64,000 bases of DNA from Mobula hypostoma (taxonomy: Eukaryota), in NCBI RefSeq assembly GCF_963921235.1, contig NC_086097.1:133426001-133490000 (forward strand), read 5' to 3'. The position numbers and the translations under genes were made by a program. Under the pieces are notes generated by a model. That model searched no databases. It was given only the letters and a program-made list of their open reading frames with translations, and was not told where the DNA came from. Shown piece after piece: positions 34,659 through 47,906 of the stretch; position 1 is the first letter of the stretch; each line of letters opens with the position of its first letter.

Positions 34659-35514
34659 ATATCAAGTGGTGATACAATCAGTTAAAATGCTTCCCACTAT
34701 ACATATGGTGACATACCAAATATCCTCAAAATCCAAACGAAGTAAAGTTGGTGGCATGCCTCCTGGCTAGATCTTCTGTGATGTTGACTCCCAAGAACTT
34801 AAAGCTGCTTACCCTTTCCACCACTGACCACTCAATGAGAACTAGTGTTTGTTCTCCTGACTTCCCCTTCCTGAAGTTCACAATCAGTTCCTTGGTCTTA
34901 CTGATGTGAGGTTGTTGTTACGTTCTACCTCACTCCTGTAAGTCATTATTTTATAGATGGCTTAGCCACACGAAAATAAAGGGTTAAATACAGCTTCAAG
35001 GCATCGACCATGTGGGACAGTATAGTCAAGTGAGACCATTGAAGTGAGATCACCAGAGCCAACCTTGCTTACTGCAGACGAGATGGGTGAGAATGTGTGT
35101 GACAGTGTGGAATCAACCTAGAAGAATATAGCTTCCCTTTACACAGCAAGGGGCGCTGGAGACAGATGAGATGGAGTTAATGGAAGTATGTGAAATGTAC
35201 CCAACAACTAAGGGACAATGAAATCAGTTGTCAGCTTGTAGTCTCTATTGATTTTAACATCTCTATTGTGAATGGTGAATGATCGTGCAAGTAAGGAATT
35301 CAGACATATACAATTTACCAAATGGTCAATGTCAGTAACCGATAAGACAATTCTGTATAAAAATAGCAGTTTTCTGCCCTGGCTTGGGAACAGTGTGGTG
35401 ACGGAGGCCATGCTGTCCACCTTGTGCACGAGTAAATAAATCACATTTGAGTCGTATGAGTGTGTTTGTTCTGCACCCAGTTATTTGTTATTTTGCTTAT
35501 TTTATTATCACCAA

Positions 35515-36150
35515 TGACACACCAAGGAGGAGATGTTATCATCTTTGTGGTCTCCCAATCAGGAGTCGAGGATCCATTTGCAGAAGGGGAGGTACAGAGG
35601 CTCAGACCTTGAAGCTTGGTTACTAATACAAAAGGAATGATAGTATTGAATGCCAAACTGTAATCGGTAAACAGTAGCCTCACATATGTCTGCAGTTGTC
35701 TAGGTACTCCAGAGCAATGTGGAGGGCCAGTGAGATTGCATCCGCTAAAGACCTGTTGCGGAGGTAGGAAAATTGCTGCAGATCCAGATCCTTACTCAGG
35801 CAGGAGTTAATTCTAGCCATAACCAACCTTTGAAAGCATTTCATCAGAAGAAATGTGAGTGTTACTGGGCAATTGTCATTGAGGTGGCTCACCCTGCTAT
35901 TCTTGGGCACCAGAATGATTGTTGCCCTTTTGAAGTAGGTGGGAACCTGAGACTGCAGCGATGAGTGTTTGAAAGTTTGCTTGAATACTCCAGCCATTTG
36001 TTGGTACAGGTTTTCAGCACCTGGCCATGTACACCATCAGGATCTGATGCTTGGCAAGGGTTTATCCTCCTGAAGGATCGCAAATAACAGCCTCCAAGCC
36101 AGAGATCACAGGATCTCCACTGCTGCGGGAATTGGCATTGGTACATGCAA
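35515..36150 (-). mobile_element. Rex/Babar RT fragment
   Basis: VPTYFKRATIILVPK, QFSYLRNRSLADAISLAL, LFTDYSLAFNTIIP. Confidence 0.85.
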
Positions 36151-39100
36151 TGTTACTTCCTTTTTTTATACATCCAAGAAATCACTATCCAAGAAGATTT
36201 CAAATAAATTGTATTTATCTGTGCCCCAAATACTTGAGTAGTAAAAGATAACTTTAAATTTAGTTACTATAGTAGGAAACATAGCAACAGAAAGTGTGTT
36301 GTATAAGTGACTATTTGTTCTGTTTTTAGTTATAGCGTGAGAAATGCATCGAGAAAATACTCCCCACCCCTGACTTCACTTCATGGAAGTTTTGCTATGG
36401 AATTTACTCATCTACTTGAGAGGAAATATGGCCTGCCAGTTCAGAACCAGCCTTGAATTTTGCACCTGGATGACATTTGGCCAACCAAATCCAAGTGGAC
36501 AGCGAGATGGGAGAAATGATGAGTTTCAATTGAAAGAGAATGGCAAATTTGTTGTTCTCCAGAGGAGTTTTTATGGAGGTAAACAAGTTTGAGATTGGTT
36601 TATCAAGAGGAAAGCAGCTCTTATTAATGAATAATTCATGCTTTAGGCAAAAGACACATGGGAATGTAAGAATTTTTACTAGCTGGTTAGAATCTGAAAT
36701 GTTTTGCCTATAGAGGTACAGGAAATGGAATCAATCTTCTGATGCCTTCGAAAGAGGATCGAATAGGCATTCTGAATTTACGGGTTAATGGGGGAAGAAT
36801 AGGGGAAGAGTGAGGGAAAGGGGGGAATGGAATTGAGCTACAAAGAGCAAAGAAATCAAACTGCTGAAGAGACTCAGCAGGTTGAGCAGTTGGCGTGGGG
36901 GGAGAAGGAATTGTCAGAGTTTCAGATTAAAATCCTGCACCAGGATTGAATGGAGAAGGAAGATAACATATAGACAAGGGGAGAACTGAGATAGTGGCAA
37001 GCTTGTGATTGGTGGACTGAGAAAGGGTGAAGGATGACAAGCAGGTGGAACCAGGTGAGAAAGGGGTGGAGTTGGGAGACAGGAAGGTGGATAATAGGAA
37101 GAAGCAAAGAAAAAGGCAGATAGAACCAGGTGGGGAGAGGGGAGGGTGAAAGTGGAGACAGCGGATGCTGGGTTATAAGCAGATACAAAGGTTACCACTG
37201 TTGGAATCTAAAGCGAGCTTGCAATGACCCATTGGGATGGATGGCTTCCTTTTGTTCCATAACCATTTTAATTCAATGTTGCTGTGTTTCCAATTACACC
37301 TAAAAATGACACAGGGAGGAGCAGAGAGTGCATATTGGGGATATGAGAAAATCGGTGCATCCTGATGGGAATAATCCCTTGAGTGTTTAAAGGCAAGGGG
37401 CAACATATGGGTCTGAAAGTGGTATGGAATGGAAATTGCAAAAAGATGATCTGTTGAACATGAATTATGACATTCTGTTGAGGAGGGAATCTTATTCTGG
37501 TTCTGAGAGGGAAGGGTAGAGTTGAAGACATGTGACAAGTGTTTGTGGAATAGGAATAGAAATTTAAGAATATAAGAAGGAGCAGGAATAGGCCTGTTGG
37601 CCTGTTGAACCTGCTCCACCATTCGTAGATCATGATTGATCTGGGAGTGGGCTCAGGTTCACCCTACCTGCCTACTTCCCACAACTCTTAATCTCCTTGC
37701 TATGCAAAAATCCATCTAGTTGTATATGAAATGATGCAACAGGGGCACTTGGCACTGCTGCACCATTCAGTAGACCATGGTTCATCTAATTGTAACTTCA
37801 ACTTTGCATTTCCAGCGAACCTAGTAACCATTCATCCCCTGTGCTTATCAAAAATTACCTATCTCTGTTCAGTGAATAATTAGAGACTTAACTTGCTTCT
37901 GAGAGTGTTCCAGATATTCCGGACCCCTTTGAGAGAAACAATTTTGCCTATCATAAATAACTAACCCTTTTAAACAGCAACCCCAGTTCTCAATTGTGTC
38001 ATACGAGGTAACATTTCCACATCCACCTCATCTAATTCCTGTATGTTTCCATCAAGTTGGCTGTCAAGTCTGGCTTCTAAACTCCAGAAGATATAACCCT
38101 GGCCTGTCCAACCTGTCCTCAAGAAATCCGACGATTGCAGGTACTTAGTGAATTACAAAATACCAATGCCTTTATGGCATCCAGATGTGATCTTGCCTAT
38201 GGCGTGCATTACCACCCTGATTTTGTGTTCAATTTGCCTAGCAGTAAATGATGTCTTGATTACTGTAGCTGCATACTAGCCTTTTCTAAATCATGCATAA
38301 GGACATCCAGATCAATCTGCATCTCAGAGCTTTGCAATCTCTCACCATTAAAATGATATGCAGCTTTATTAGTTTCCTTGTCAAAATGAAAAACTTTCCA
38401 TTTTCACATATTACATTACAATTTTCAGATCTTTCAAAACATGCACACGGCCAAGGACCTTGTCATCTATGAGAGAGAAGAATCCTTGACAGAGTATCTC
38501 TTGTGTCCTTCCATTAGCTCTTTTTGCCACTTAATTTTATACTTTCCATCTAGCATATTTTCTTTGATCATCCATCCCCATCTTCAGAATTTTAAAGTAA
38601 AGGCTGTTTATCTTGGAACCTTTATTTTCTTTTCAATTCTTTTGAAAGGTCATTGATCTTAAATGTCAACTTTCTCTTTACAAATGCCTCAGACCTGAAT
38701 ATTCCAGCATTTTTTGCACAGATTTCCAAAGTACTTCACTCTAATATACTCTTTTTCTAATCTTTGTTTTTCAACAACTATTCTGATTATTTACATGATT
38801 ATACTATTCTTAGCAGCCATTTATAGAAAAGGTTTAACCAAAAAGAATTGTGAGTGCTACTACATTGCCTTTTCTGAGATCAAGAGCGATATACCTCACC
38901 TTTACTTTGTGATGGTATCACATTCTTGAAACTAGATTAGCTGTAAACCTCGTATACTCTTCAAGATTCCTTGTTGGCCTTTTGTTCTGAATTGTGACTA
39001 TACTAAGTAGATAGCTACTGATCATATGTCTTGGTGTTGGCTGTTGCTGTATTGTACTTCTGCCTAAAATAATAACCAAACTCTTCAAAATATATGAAGA

Positions 39101-39219
39101 GAAAGCTTGTGGGAGAAGATAGGCAGCTTAAAATACATACAGTTGATATTAAGTTCAAAATACAAAATAAAATTATTATCAAAGTACATATTGGAATTAC
39201 ATACAACCCTTGCAGTCAT

Positions 39220-41040
39220 ACTCAAATGATGGATGCTTCTTTCGTGTGACAGCTTTCATGTAGATGTGCTCAATGGTGGGAAGAGTTTTACCCGTGATGG
39301 ACCGGGCCGTATCCACTATTTTTTGTAGGATTTTCCATTCAAAGGTATTGGTGCTTCTATACCAGTCTGTGATGCAGCAACTACACATTTTCAGAGATTT
39401 GTCAAAGTTTTAGATGTCATGCCAAATCTTCACAAATTCTTAAGGAAGTAGAGGTGCTGCTATGTTTTCTTCGTAATTGCACTTGTGTGTTGGGTCCAAG
39501 ACGGGTCCTCCAAAATAATAACACTGAGGAATTTAAAGTTACTGATCCTTTCCACCACTGATCCTCCAATGAGGACTGGCTCATGGACCTCTGGTTTCCT
39601 TCTACTGAAGTCAATAATCAGCTCCTTGGTCTTGTACACATTGAGTAATAGGTTGTTGTTATGGTACCACTCTGCCAGAGTTTCAATTTCCCTCCGATAT
39701 GTTGGTTAGTCGCCACCTTTGATTCACCCTATGACAGTGGTGTCATCAGCAAACTTGAATATGGCATTGGACTTGTGCTTAACACACAGTCATGTGTAAA
39801 GCGAGTAGAGCAGGGTGATCAGAGCACAGCCTTGTGGTGCACCTATGCCGATGGAGATCGTGGAGGAGATGTTGTTGCCAATCCTAACTGACTGGGGTCT
39901 GCAAGCGAGGAAATCGAGGGTCCAATCACACACGGTATTGAGGCCAAGGTCTTCGAGCTTACTGATTAGCGTAAAGGGGTTGAGTGTATTGAATGCTGAG
40001 CGTTCAAAAGTTTATAAAAACCACCCTCATGTATGCATCTTTGCTGTCCAAATGTTCTAGGGTTGAGTGAATAGTCAACGAGATGGCATCTCCTGTGGAC
40101 CTATTACTCCTGTAGGCAAATTGGAGTGGATCCAAGTCACTTCAGGCAATGTTTCATGACCAACCTTGCAAAACACTTCAACACAGTGGATGTAAGTGTT
40201 ACAGAATGATAGTCATTGACACAGGTGACCACATTCTTCTTAGGCACCAGTATAACTGAAGCATGCTTGAAGCAGGTGGGTACCTCAGACTGCCAAAATG
40301 AGAGGTTAAAGATCTCAGTGAATACTCCAGCCAGTTGATCAGCACAGGTCTTTAGTACTTGGCCGTGTACCCCATCTGGGCTGGATGCTTTTTGTGGGTT
40401 CATCCTCCTGAAGGCTGCTCACATGTCATCCTCAGTGATTGAAATCACAGAATCATTGGGGGCTGTGGGAGTTCATGATGGTTCCTTGACAGTCAAAGTG
40501 AGCATAAAAGGCATTGAGCTCATATGGAAGTGAAGTCCTGTTGACACCTATTTCACTTGATTTAACTTTATAGGAGGTGATAGTATTCAAGTCCTGCCAC
40601 AACTGTCGAACATTCTTCATTGATTCAAGTTTAATCCGGAATTGCCACTTTGCCCTTGAGACGGCTTTCTGGAGATCATATATTTTAACTTTCTTGGTCA
40701 CCAGACCTGAATGCCTCCTACCTGGCCCTCAGCACATTGCGGAGCTCATGTTTCACCCAGGGCTTCTGATTGCGGAAGACTTTGAATGATTTTGTGGAGA
40801 CACGCATCTACCACTGTTTTAATAAAGTCCATGACAACATGGTGTATTCATTCAGGCCCACAGATGAGTCCATGAACATGGGCCAGTCCATGGACTCGAA
40901 GCAATCCTGTACCGCTCCTCTGCCTCTCATGACCACCTTTTTGTTGCCCTAATCTCTGGAGCTTTGCTCATTAGGCTCTGCCTTTTTACAGGTAGGAGAA
41001 GGACAGCCAAGTGATCCGATTTACCAAAATATGGTCTGAT
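39220..41040 (-). mobile_element. Rex/Babar LINE, decayed
   Basis: SLPYELNAFYAHF, KASSPDGVHGQVLKTCADQLAGVF, VPTCFKHASVILVPKK. Confidence 0.88.
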
Positions 41041-41819
41041 ATAAGAACTCAGGGCTAGGTCATGTCCATTAACTGTTTGTAGATGCAAAGATGTATGTAT
41101 TGTCAAGCTGCTTATGGTAAATAATGCATGAAATACTTGAGTTAGTATCTGAAATTTATTAACTATAATAAGCCCACTGATTTCCTGATGCAGAGTTGAA
41201 AATTCCTGCCTATATCCTGACTTTTTTTGTCAAATGGGCATTGGATGGTAAATTTATTTGACTTGCTTGTTGTGAATTTGGAATTCATTTCGGAACGCTA
41301 TTTATAGTGATTTCTATGTGATGCCAAGTTGATTGTACACCTGCCCTCCAGCTATGTCTCAGCTTGCCAGTATTATTTACTAGATATCTGCTCTATTGGT
41401 GCAGTAATAATATTTGTTTATTATCACATTTTATAGTTGTCAGAAATTGCTTTCTACTATTAATTGTGGCAGTATTTTCATAATAGCACAAAAATAAATT
41501 CCTCTTCCGGTAAATTTTCAATAGTATTGGCAGTATTTCATCAAAGAAAACACAGATGTCTTGTTTGGCCAACTGTTCATGAAGAAAGTACAAATGGATA
41601 ATAGCTATTTTTAATCTAAGTTTGCAAGCATAGCTGAAGTCTGCAAATAGATTCTATATATATATATACAAAGCTCCGATTTAATTTTTGTTTCCAATTA
41701 TTTAAAAATAAAACAATAAAAATTTGGTATGGAGCAGAAGCAACATTTTAAGCATTTTAAGGATGAAGTGTAGCTAGTCTTTAAAAAAAATCTATTACTT
41801 CAAGGAGGGCTAACATTCC

Positions 41820-42465
41820 AGTCACTGAATAATGCAGAGACTCAGGTGGTTCAAATTCCTGGGTATTAGCATATCAGATAACTTATCTCGAGCCCAGCAC
41901 ATAGATGCGATCACAAGGAAGGCTTGTCTGCATCTTTACTTTCTTAGGAAGTTAAGGAGATTCAGTGCCAATGTACTGCTGAGAATCTCGTGACCGGTTT
42001 CTTCATAGTCTAGTACAGCATCTCGAATGCACAGTAATGTTAAAAGCTGCAGAAAGTAGTAGAGTCAGTCCAATACATCACGGGCACATCTCTGTTTACC
42101 ATCAGAAGTGCCTACAGGAAGCATTGCCTCTAGATGGCAACATCCATCATCAAAGATTCCAGGCCATGCCATCTGGATCTAACATTGGGCAGATATACAG
42201 AAGTCTGAGTTCCACGCGGCCAAGTTCAACAACAGCTTCAACCATTCACTTTTCTTCAACCATTCACTTCTTTAACTGAAAAATGCAATCTTAATTGCTA
42301 AGCTTAGCGATATTATGATCATTGTGTTCTTTCTTTTAAAAACTTTGTCTGATTTATGATTTTTATGAATATATGATGTTATGTGTGGTGATGCTGCTAC
42401 AAGTATGTTTTATCATTACACATGTACATGCATATACCGGTGCATTTAGCAATAAACTTAACTTT
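41820..42465 (+). mobile_element. Rex/Babar 3' fragment
   Basis: FKFLGISISDNL, ITRKACLHLYFLRKLRRF; AATAAAC(TTTGAC) tail. Confidence 0.75.
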
Positions 42466-42592
42466 GACTTTGAAAAAAGTCATCAATAATGTCAACATTT
42501 CCCATTTCAAAACAATTGTGGCTCTCAGAAATCATTTTAATGTTAATTAGAATAGTACTAATTGTTTCAGAAGTGGCTACAATTGTAAGGGT

Positions 42593-45500
42593 GACAATAG
42601 ACAATAGGTGCAGGAGTAGGCCATTTAGCCCTTTGAGCCAGCCCCACCATTCACATGGCTGATCATCCACAATCAGTATCCAGTTCCTGCCTTTCCCCCA
42701 TAACCTTTGATTCCGCTATCTTTAAGAGCTCTATCCATCTCTTTCTTGAAAGCATCCAGAGACTTGGCCTCCACAGCCTTCTGGGGCAGAGCATTCCATA
42801 CATCCACCACTCTCTGGGTGAAAAAGTTTTTCCTCAACTCCATTCTAAATGGCCTACCCCTTATTCTTAAACTGTGGCCTCTGGTTCTGGACTCACCCAT
42901 CAGCGGGAACATGCTTCCTGCCTCCAGTGTGTCCAATCCCTTAATAATCTTATCTGTTTCAATAAGATCCCCTCTCAGCCTTCTAAATTCCAGAGTATAC
43001 AAGTCCAGTCGCTCCAATCTTTCGACATATGGCAGTTCCGCCATCCCGGGAATTAACCTTGTGAACCTACGCTGCACTCCCTCAATAGCAAGAATGTCCT
43101 TCCGCAAATTTGGAGACCAAAACTGCACACAGTACCCCAGGTGTGGTCTCACTAGGGCCCTGTACAACTGCAGAAGGACCTCTTTGCTCTTATACTCAAT
43201 TCTCCTTGTTATGAAGGCCAGCATGCCATTAGCTTTCTTCACTGCCTACTGTACTTGCATGCTTTCTTTCAGTGACTGATGTACAAGAACACCTAGATCT
43301 CGTTGTACTTCCCCTTTTCCTAACTTGACTCCCTTTAGATAATAATCTGCCTTCCTGTTCTTACCACCAAAGTGGATAACCTCACATTTATCCACATTAA
43401 ACTGCATCTGCCCACTCACCCAGCCTATCCAAGTCGCCCTGCATTCTCATAATGTCCTCCTCACATTTCACACTGCCACCCAGCTTTGTGTCATCGGCAA
43501 ATTTGCTAATGTTACTTTTAATTCCCTCATCTATATCATTAATATATATTGTAAACAGCCGTGGTCCCAGCACTGAACCCTGCAGTACCCCACTGGTCAC
43601 CACCTGCCATTCCAAAAGGGAGCTGTTAATCGCTACTCTTTGTTTTCTGTCAGCCAGCCAATTTTCAATCCATGTCAGTACTCTGCCCCCAATACCATGT
43701 GCCCTAATTTTGTCCACTAATCTCCTATGTGGGACTTTATCAAAGGCTTTCTGAAAGTCCAGGTACACTACATCCACTGGCTCTCCCTTGTCCATTTTCA
43801 TAGTTGCATCCTCAAAAAATTCCAGAAGATTAGTCAGGCACAATTTCCCCTTCGTAAATCCATGCTGACTCGGACCGATCCTGTTACTGCTATCCAGATG
43901 TGTCGTAATTTCATCTTTTATAATTGAGTGCAGCATCTGCGGCATCAGGCTAACTGGTCTATAATTCCCTGTTTTCTCTCTTCCTCCCTTCTTGAAGAGA
44001 GGGACAACATTAGCCACCCTCCAATCCACAGGAACTGATCCTGAATCTATAGAACATTGGAAAATGATTACCAATGCGTCCACAATTTCTAAAGCCACCT
44101 CCTTAAGTGCCCTGGTATGCAGAACATCAGGTCCCGGGGACTTATCTGCCTTCAGACCCAACAGTCTATCCAACACCATTTCCTGCCTAATATAAATTTC
44201 CTTCAGTTCATCCATTACCCTAGGTCCTTTGGCCACTGTTATATCTGGGAGATTGTTTGTGTCTTCCCTAGTGAAGACAGATCCGAAGTACCTGTTCAAC
44301 TCGTCTGCCATTTCCTTGTTCCCCATAATAAATTCACCCGCTTCTGTCTTCAAGGGCCCAATTTTGGTCTTAACTATTTTTTTCCTTTTTACATACCTAA
44401 AGAAGCTTTTACTATCCTTTATATTCTTGGCTAGTTTTCCTTCGTACCTCATTTTTTCTCCGCATATTGCCTTTTTAGTTACCTTCTGGTGCTCTTTAAA
44501 AGTTTCCCAATCCTCCGGCTTCCCACTCGTCTTTGCTATGTTATACTTCTTCTCTTTTATTTTTATACTGTCCATTACTTCCCTTGTCAGCCACAGCCTC
44601 CCCTTACTCCCCTTAGGATCTTTTCTCCTCTTTGGAATGAACCGATCCTGCACCTTCCGCATTATTCCCAGAAACACTTGCCATTGCTGTTCCACTGTCA
44701 TCCTTGCTAGGGTATTGTTCCATTGAACTTTGGCCAGCTCCTCCCTCATAGCACCATAGTTCCCTTTGTTCAACTGTAATACTGACACTTCCGAGTTTCC
44801 CTACTCCCTCTCACATTGTAGATTAAAACTTATCATATTATGGTCACTACCTCCTAATGGCTCCTTTACCTCGAGGTCCGTGATCAAATCCGGTTCATTG
44901 CACAACACTAAATCTAGAATTGCGTTCTCTCTGGTAGGCTCCAGTACAAGCTGTTCTAAGAATCCATCTCAGAGGGACTCCACAAACTCCCTTTCTTGGG
45001 GTCCAGTACCAACCTGATTCCTCCAGTCTACCTGCATGTTGAAATCCCCCATAACAACTGTAGCATTACCTTTGCGACATGCCAATTTTAACTCTTGATT
45101 CAACTTACACCCTACATCCAGACTACTGTTTGGGGGCCTGTAGATAACTCCCATTAGGGTCTTTCTACCCTTAGAATTTCTCAATTCTATCCATACTGAC
45201 TCTCCTGATACTATGTCCCCCCTCGCAAGGGACTGAATATCATTTCTCACCAACAGAGCCACCCCACCCCCTCTGCCCCTCAGTCTGTCCTTTTGATAGG
45301 ACGTATACCCTTAAATATTCATTTCCCAGGCCCTGTCCACTTGAAGCCATGTCTCTATTATTCCCACAACATCATACTTACCAATTTCCAACTGTGCCTC
45401 AAGCTCATCCACTTTATTCCTTATACTCCGTGCTTTCATATACAGTACTTTTAATTCATTACTCCCCTCACCTCCCATATCAATTCCTATTTCACTTGGC

Positions 45501-46240
45501 CATACTGTACGATCCCTTCTTGAGCTTTCTGCTCTGTTGATTCTGCTGTCTTTCTTAACTTCTTGTATTCTCACTTTCCCTTTATCTCCATCCTTATATT
45601 TCCAGTTCGTCCCCTCCCCCCCACTACTTAGTTTAAACACCCCTGTGTTGCAGAGGCAAACCTGCCTGCCAGAATGCTGGTGCCCCGCTTATTAAGGTGC
45701 AACCCGTCCCTTTTGTACAATTCATCATTACCCCGAAACATACCCCAGTGGTCCAAGAATGTAAATCCTTGCTTCCTGCACCAGTTCCTCAGCCACACAT
45801 TCAGATCCATTATCTCCCTGTTCTTGCCCACTCCAGCACGAGGAACTGGAAGCAAACCAGAGATAACCACCCTGGAAGTCCTGCTTTTCAGCCTTCTTCC
45901 GAGTTCTCTGAAGTCACGCTGTAGAATGTCTTTCCTCTTCTTCCCCACGTCATTTGTGCTGACATGCACCACCACTTCCGGATGTTCACCTTCACTCTTG
46001 AGGATTCCCTGCAATCACTCGGTGAAATCCTGGATCCCGGCACCAGGGAGGCAACACATCATCCTTAAATCTCACCTGTTGCCATAGAAACCCCTTTCTG
46101 TACCTCTCACTAAGGAGTCCCCTACTACCACGGCTCTGCCTGACGTCTGTCTCCTTGGCTTTGCTTCAGCGTCAATTGTTGACTCGCAGACCTGACAGCC
46201 TCTCAGGCTGGCATCATCTTCTGTCCCAACAGCTTCCAAG
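42593..46240 (-). mobile_element. Long CR1 LINE: ORF1 esterase, endonuclease, RT and 3' tail
   Basis: SGNH esterase VVVHVSTND...DGLHLN (45628-46014), endonuclease ARSIRNK/ETWL/YRPPN/GDFN, RT ORFs 43397-44788 and 42673-43242, (CTATTGT)n tail. Confidence 0.95.
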
Positions 46241-47906
46241 AGCTATCCGTTGCATGTTGCTTTAATGTTCCATCCTTCTCATTTTGAACTTTGTATTTGG
46301 GTTCCCACACTCTTCCAAAGGGAACAGGTATCAGATCCTGACTGACAAATGGTCACAGACCCACAATGCTAAGTGTTTCTCTTTTAACTCATGCTACCTG
46401 ACCTGCTAAGTTTTTGTTTTCAGAACTTTCTGTTTTTATCCCTTCTTCTGACTTGGTGCACTACATCCTTATAAGTATAATACTTAATACAATAGTTTCA
46501 AATAACCAACTTCCAGTATTGAGAAACCATCAACCTGTCATGTAAACTGATATTTCTCTCCACAGATATTGCCTGACGTACAGAGTAGTTCCAATATTCT
46601 GTTCAGATTTTCAGCTTCAGTGTCTTGTACATCTGCAGTTTTCAACATAACCATACCTGCATTGGTTAATCTTCTAATTTTTCTGTCTCTGTTCTAAATC
46701 CTCTCCTCGCTCTATTCATACCCTCAGGCTTGTTTTTTAGTATTTCCATGTTTGGTTTCTCCAACTGCACCTGTTCATCGCTATTTGTCTCATCCATGTC
46801 TTCTCTCTTGCACTTGTGTCCCTCTCGCTTCCTTCACTCTCCTAGCTTGACGTTTGTCCTCATCTTCCCTTTGATTTTGTGTGTGTAATTAATTTGATTG
46901 CCATTTTGGACTTTGAAAGTAACGTCAAGGTAATTAGAAGATTTATTTTGCTGTGGCTGAATTTGAGCCATGCCATTCAGGAGCAATTACAAGTCATTAA
47001 TTTAAAGCTCCAATAACAGAGCAAATTTGTCATATTGCTGCCAATCTGAGCGATTTGCTGGGCTATTGGATGTTGCTTCTATTAAAACCCCAAAGCTTTA
47101 CTTTTTTTTAATAGCCGTGTACGTTTCTGTGAAGCAAGTCAACTAATAACTCCACTTCAACTAATGTTTCTTCGAGTGTTGCTGTGGGGGTTATTTATTC
47201 TAGAAATTTCTTTTGGCTTAACCTGTACCTCATTGTTTGTACCTATACCTTACTATCAGTGTATATGACAATAAACTTGACTTGACTTCAAAGGAATTGT
47301 TAAAGTAAGTTTAAAGGAATTGGAAACCCATTCCCTACTAGATTACCTGTCATTGCGATTTCCATATTCCGCTTTATCAGAGTTTTACTATAATTTCCTC
47401 AAATGGTAATTGAACTGTGGATTTTTCTCCCTCTTTAAAAGCTATATGTTATTTAATAGTAAACCTAAAATATATTTTGGTGGATGGTGTGTAGAGTCAA
47501 GGTATGTGGATCCACCATGAATTACTTGTAGTTGAATAGGCTTAAAGGAGCACTGTGTCTCTTTGTTCCAAATTTAAGGCAATCTCTGTATTAACAGCCA
47601 AGTTGATTACTAACTAACTCTGGTTGTTATCCATAACCTCCAGTGGGTAAACGTGAGATTCTTCATTCAAAAGGAAAAGAGCTTCACAATGAAATCAGCA
47701 GTTGTTATGCCTCTTAACAGGATCTTTTCTCACAGACTGGAAATGAGACAGGATTGTATTTCACAAAGACTGTCACAATTTTGCAATTGAAAACATTTGT
47801 AAAATATATTAATATGCAGAGCATAATATTCTATTGTAGTAAAAAATAAATTCCTCAGTTCAAAAACCTCAAGTTAATCAACCTGAAACAGTAACTCCGT
47901 TTCCAT

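Noticed and set aside
36320..36592. Plus-strand exon or ORF after TTCTGTTTTTAG
   Set aside because: No recognisable protein in any frame and no gene context
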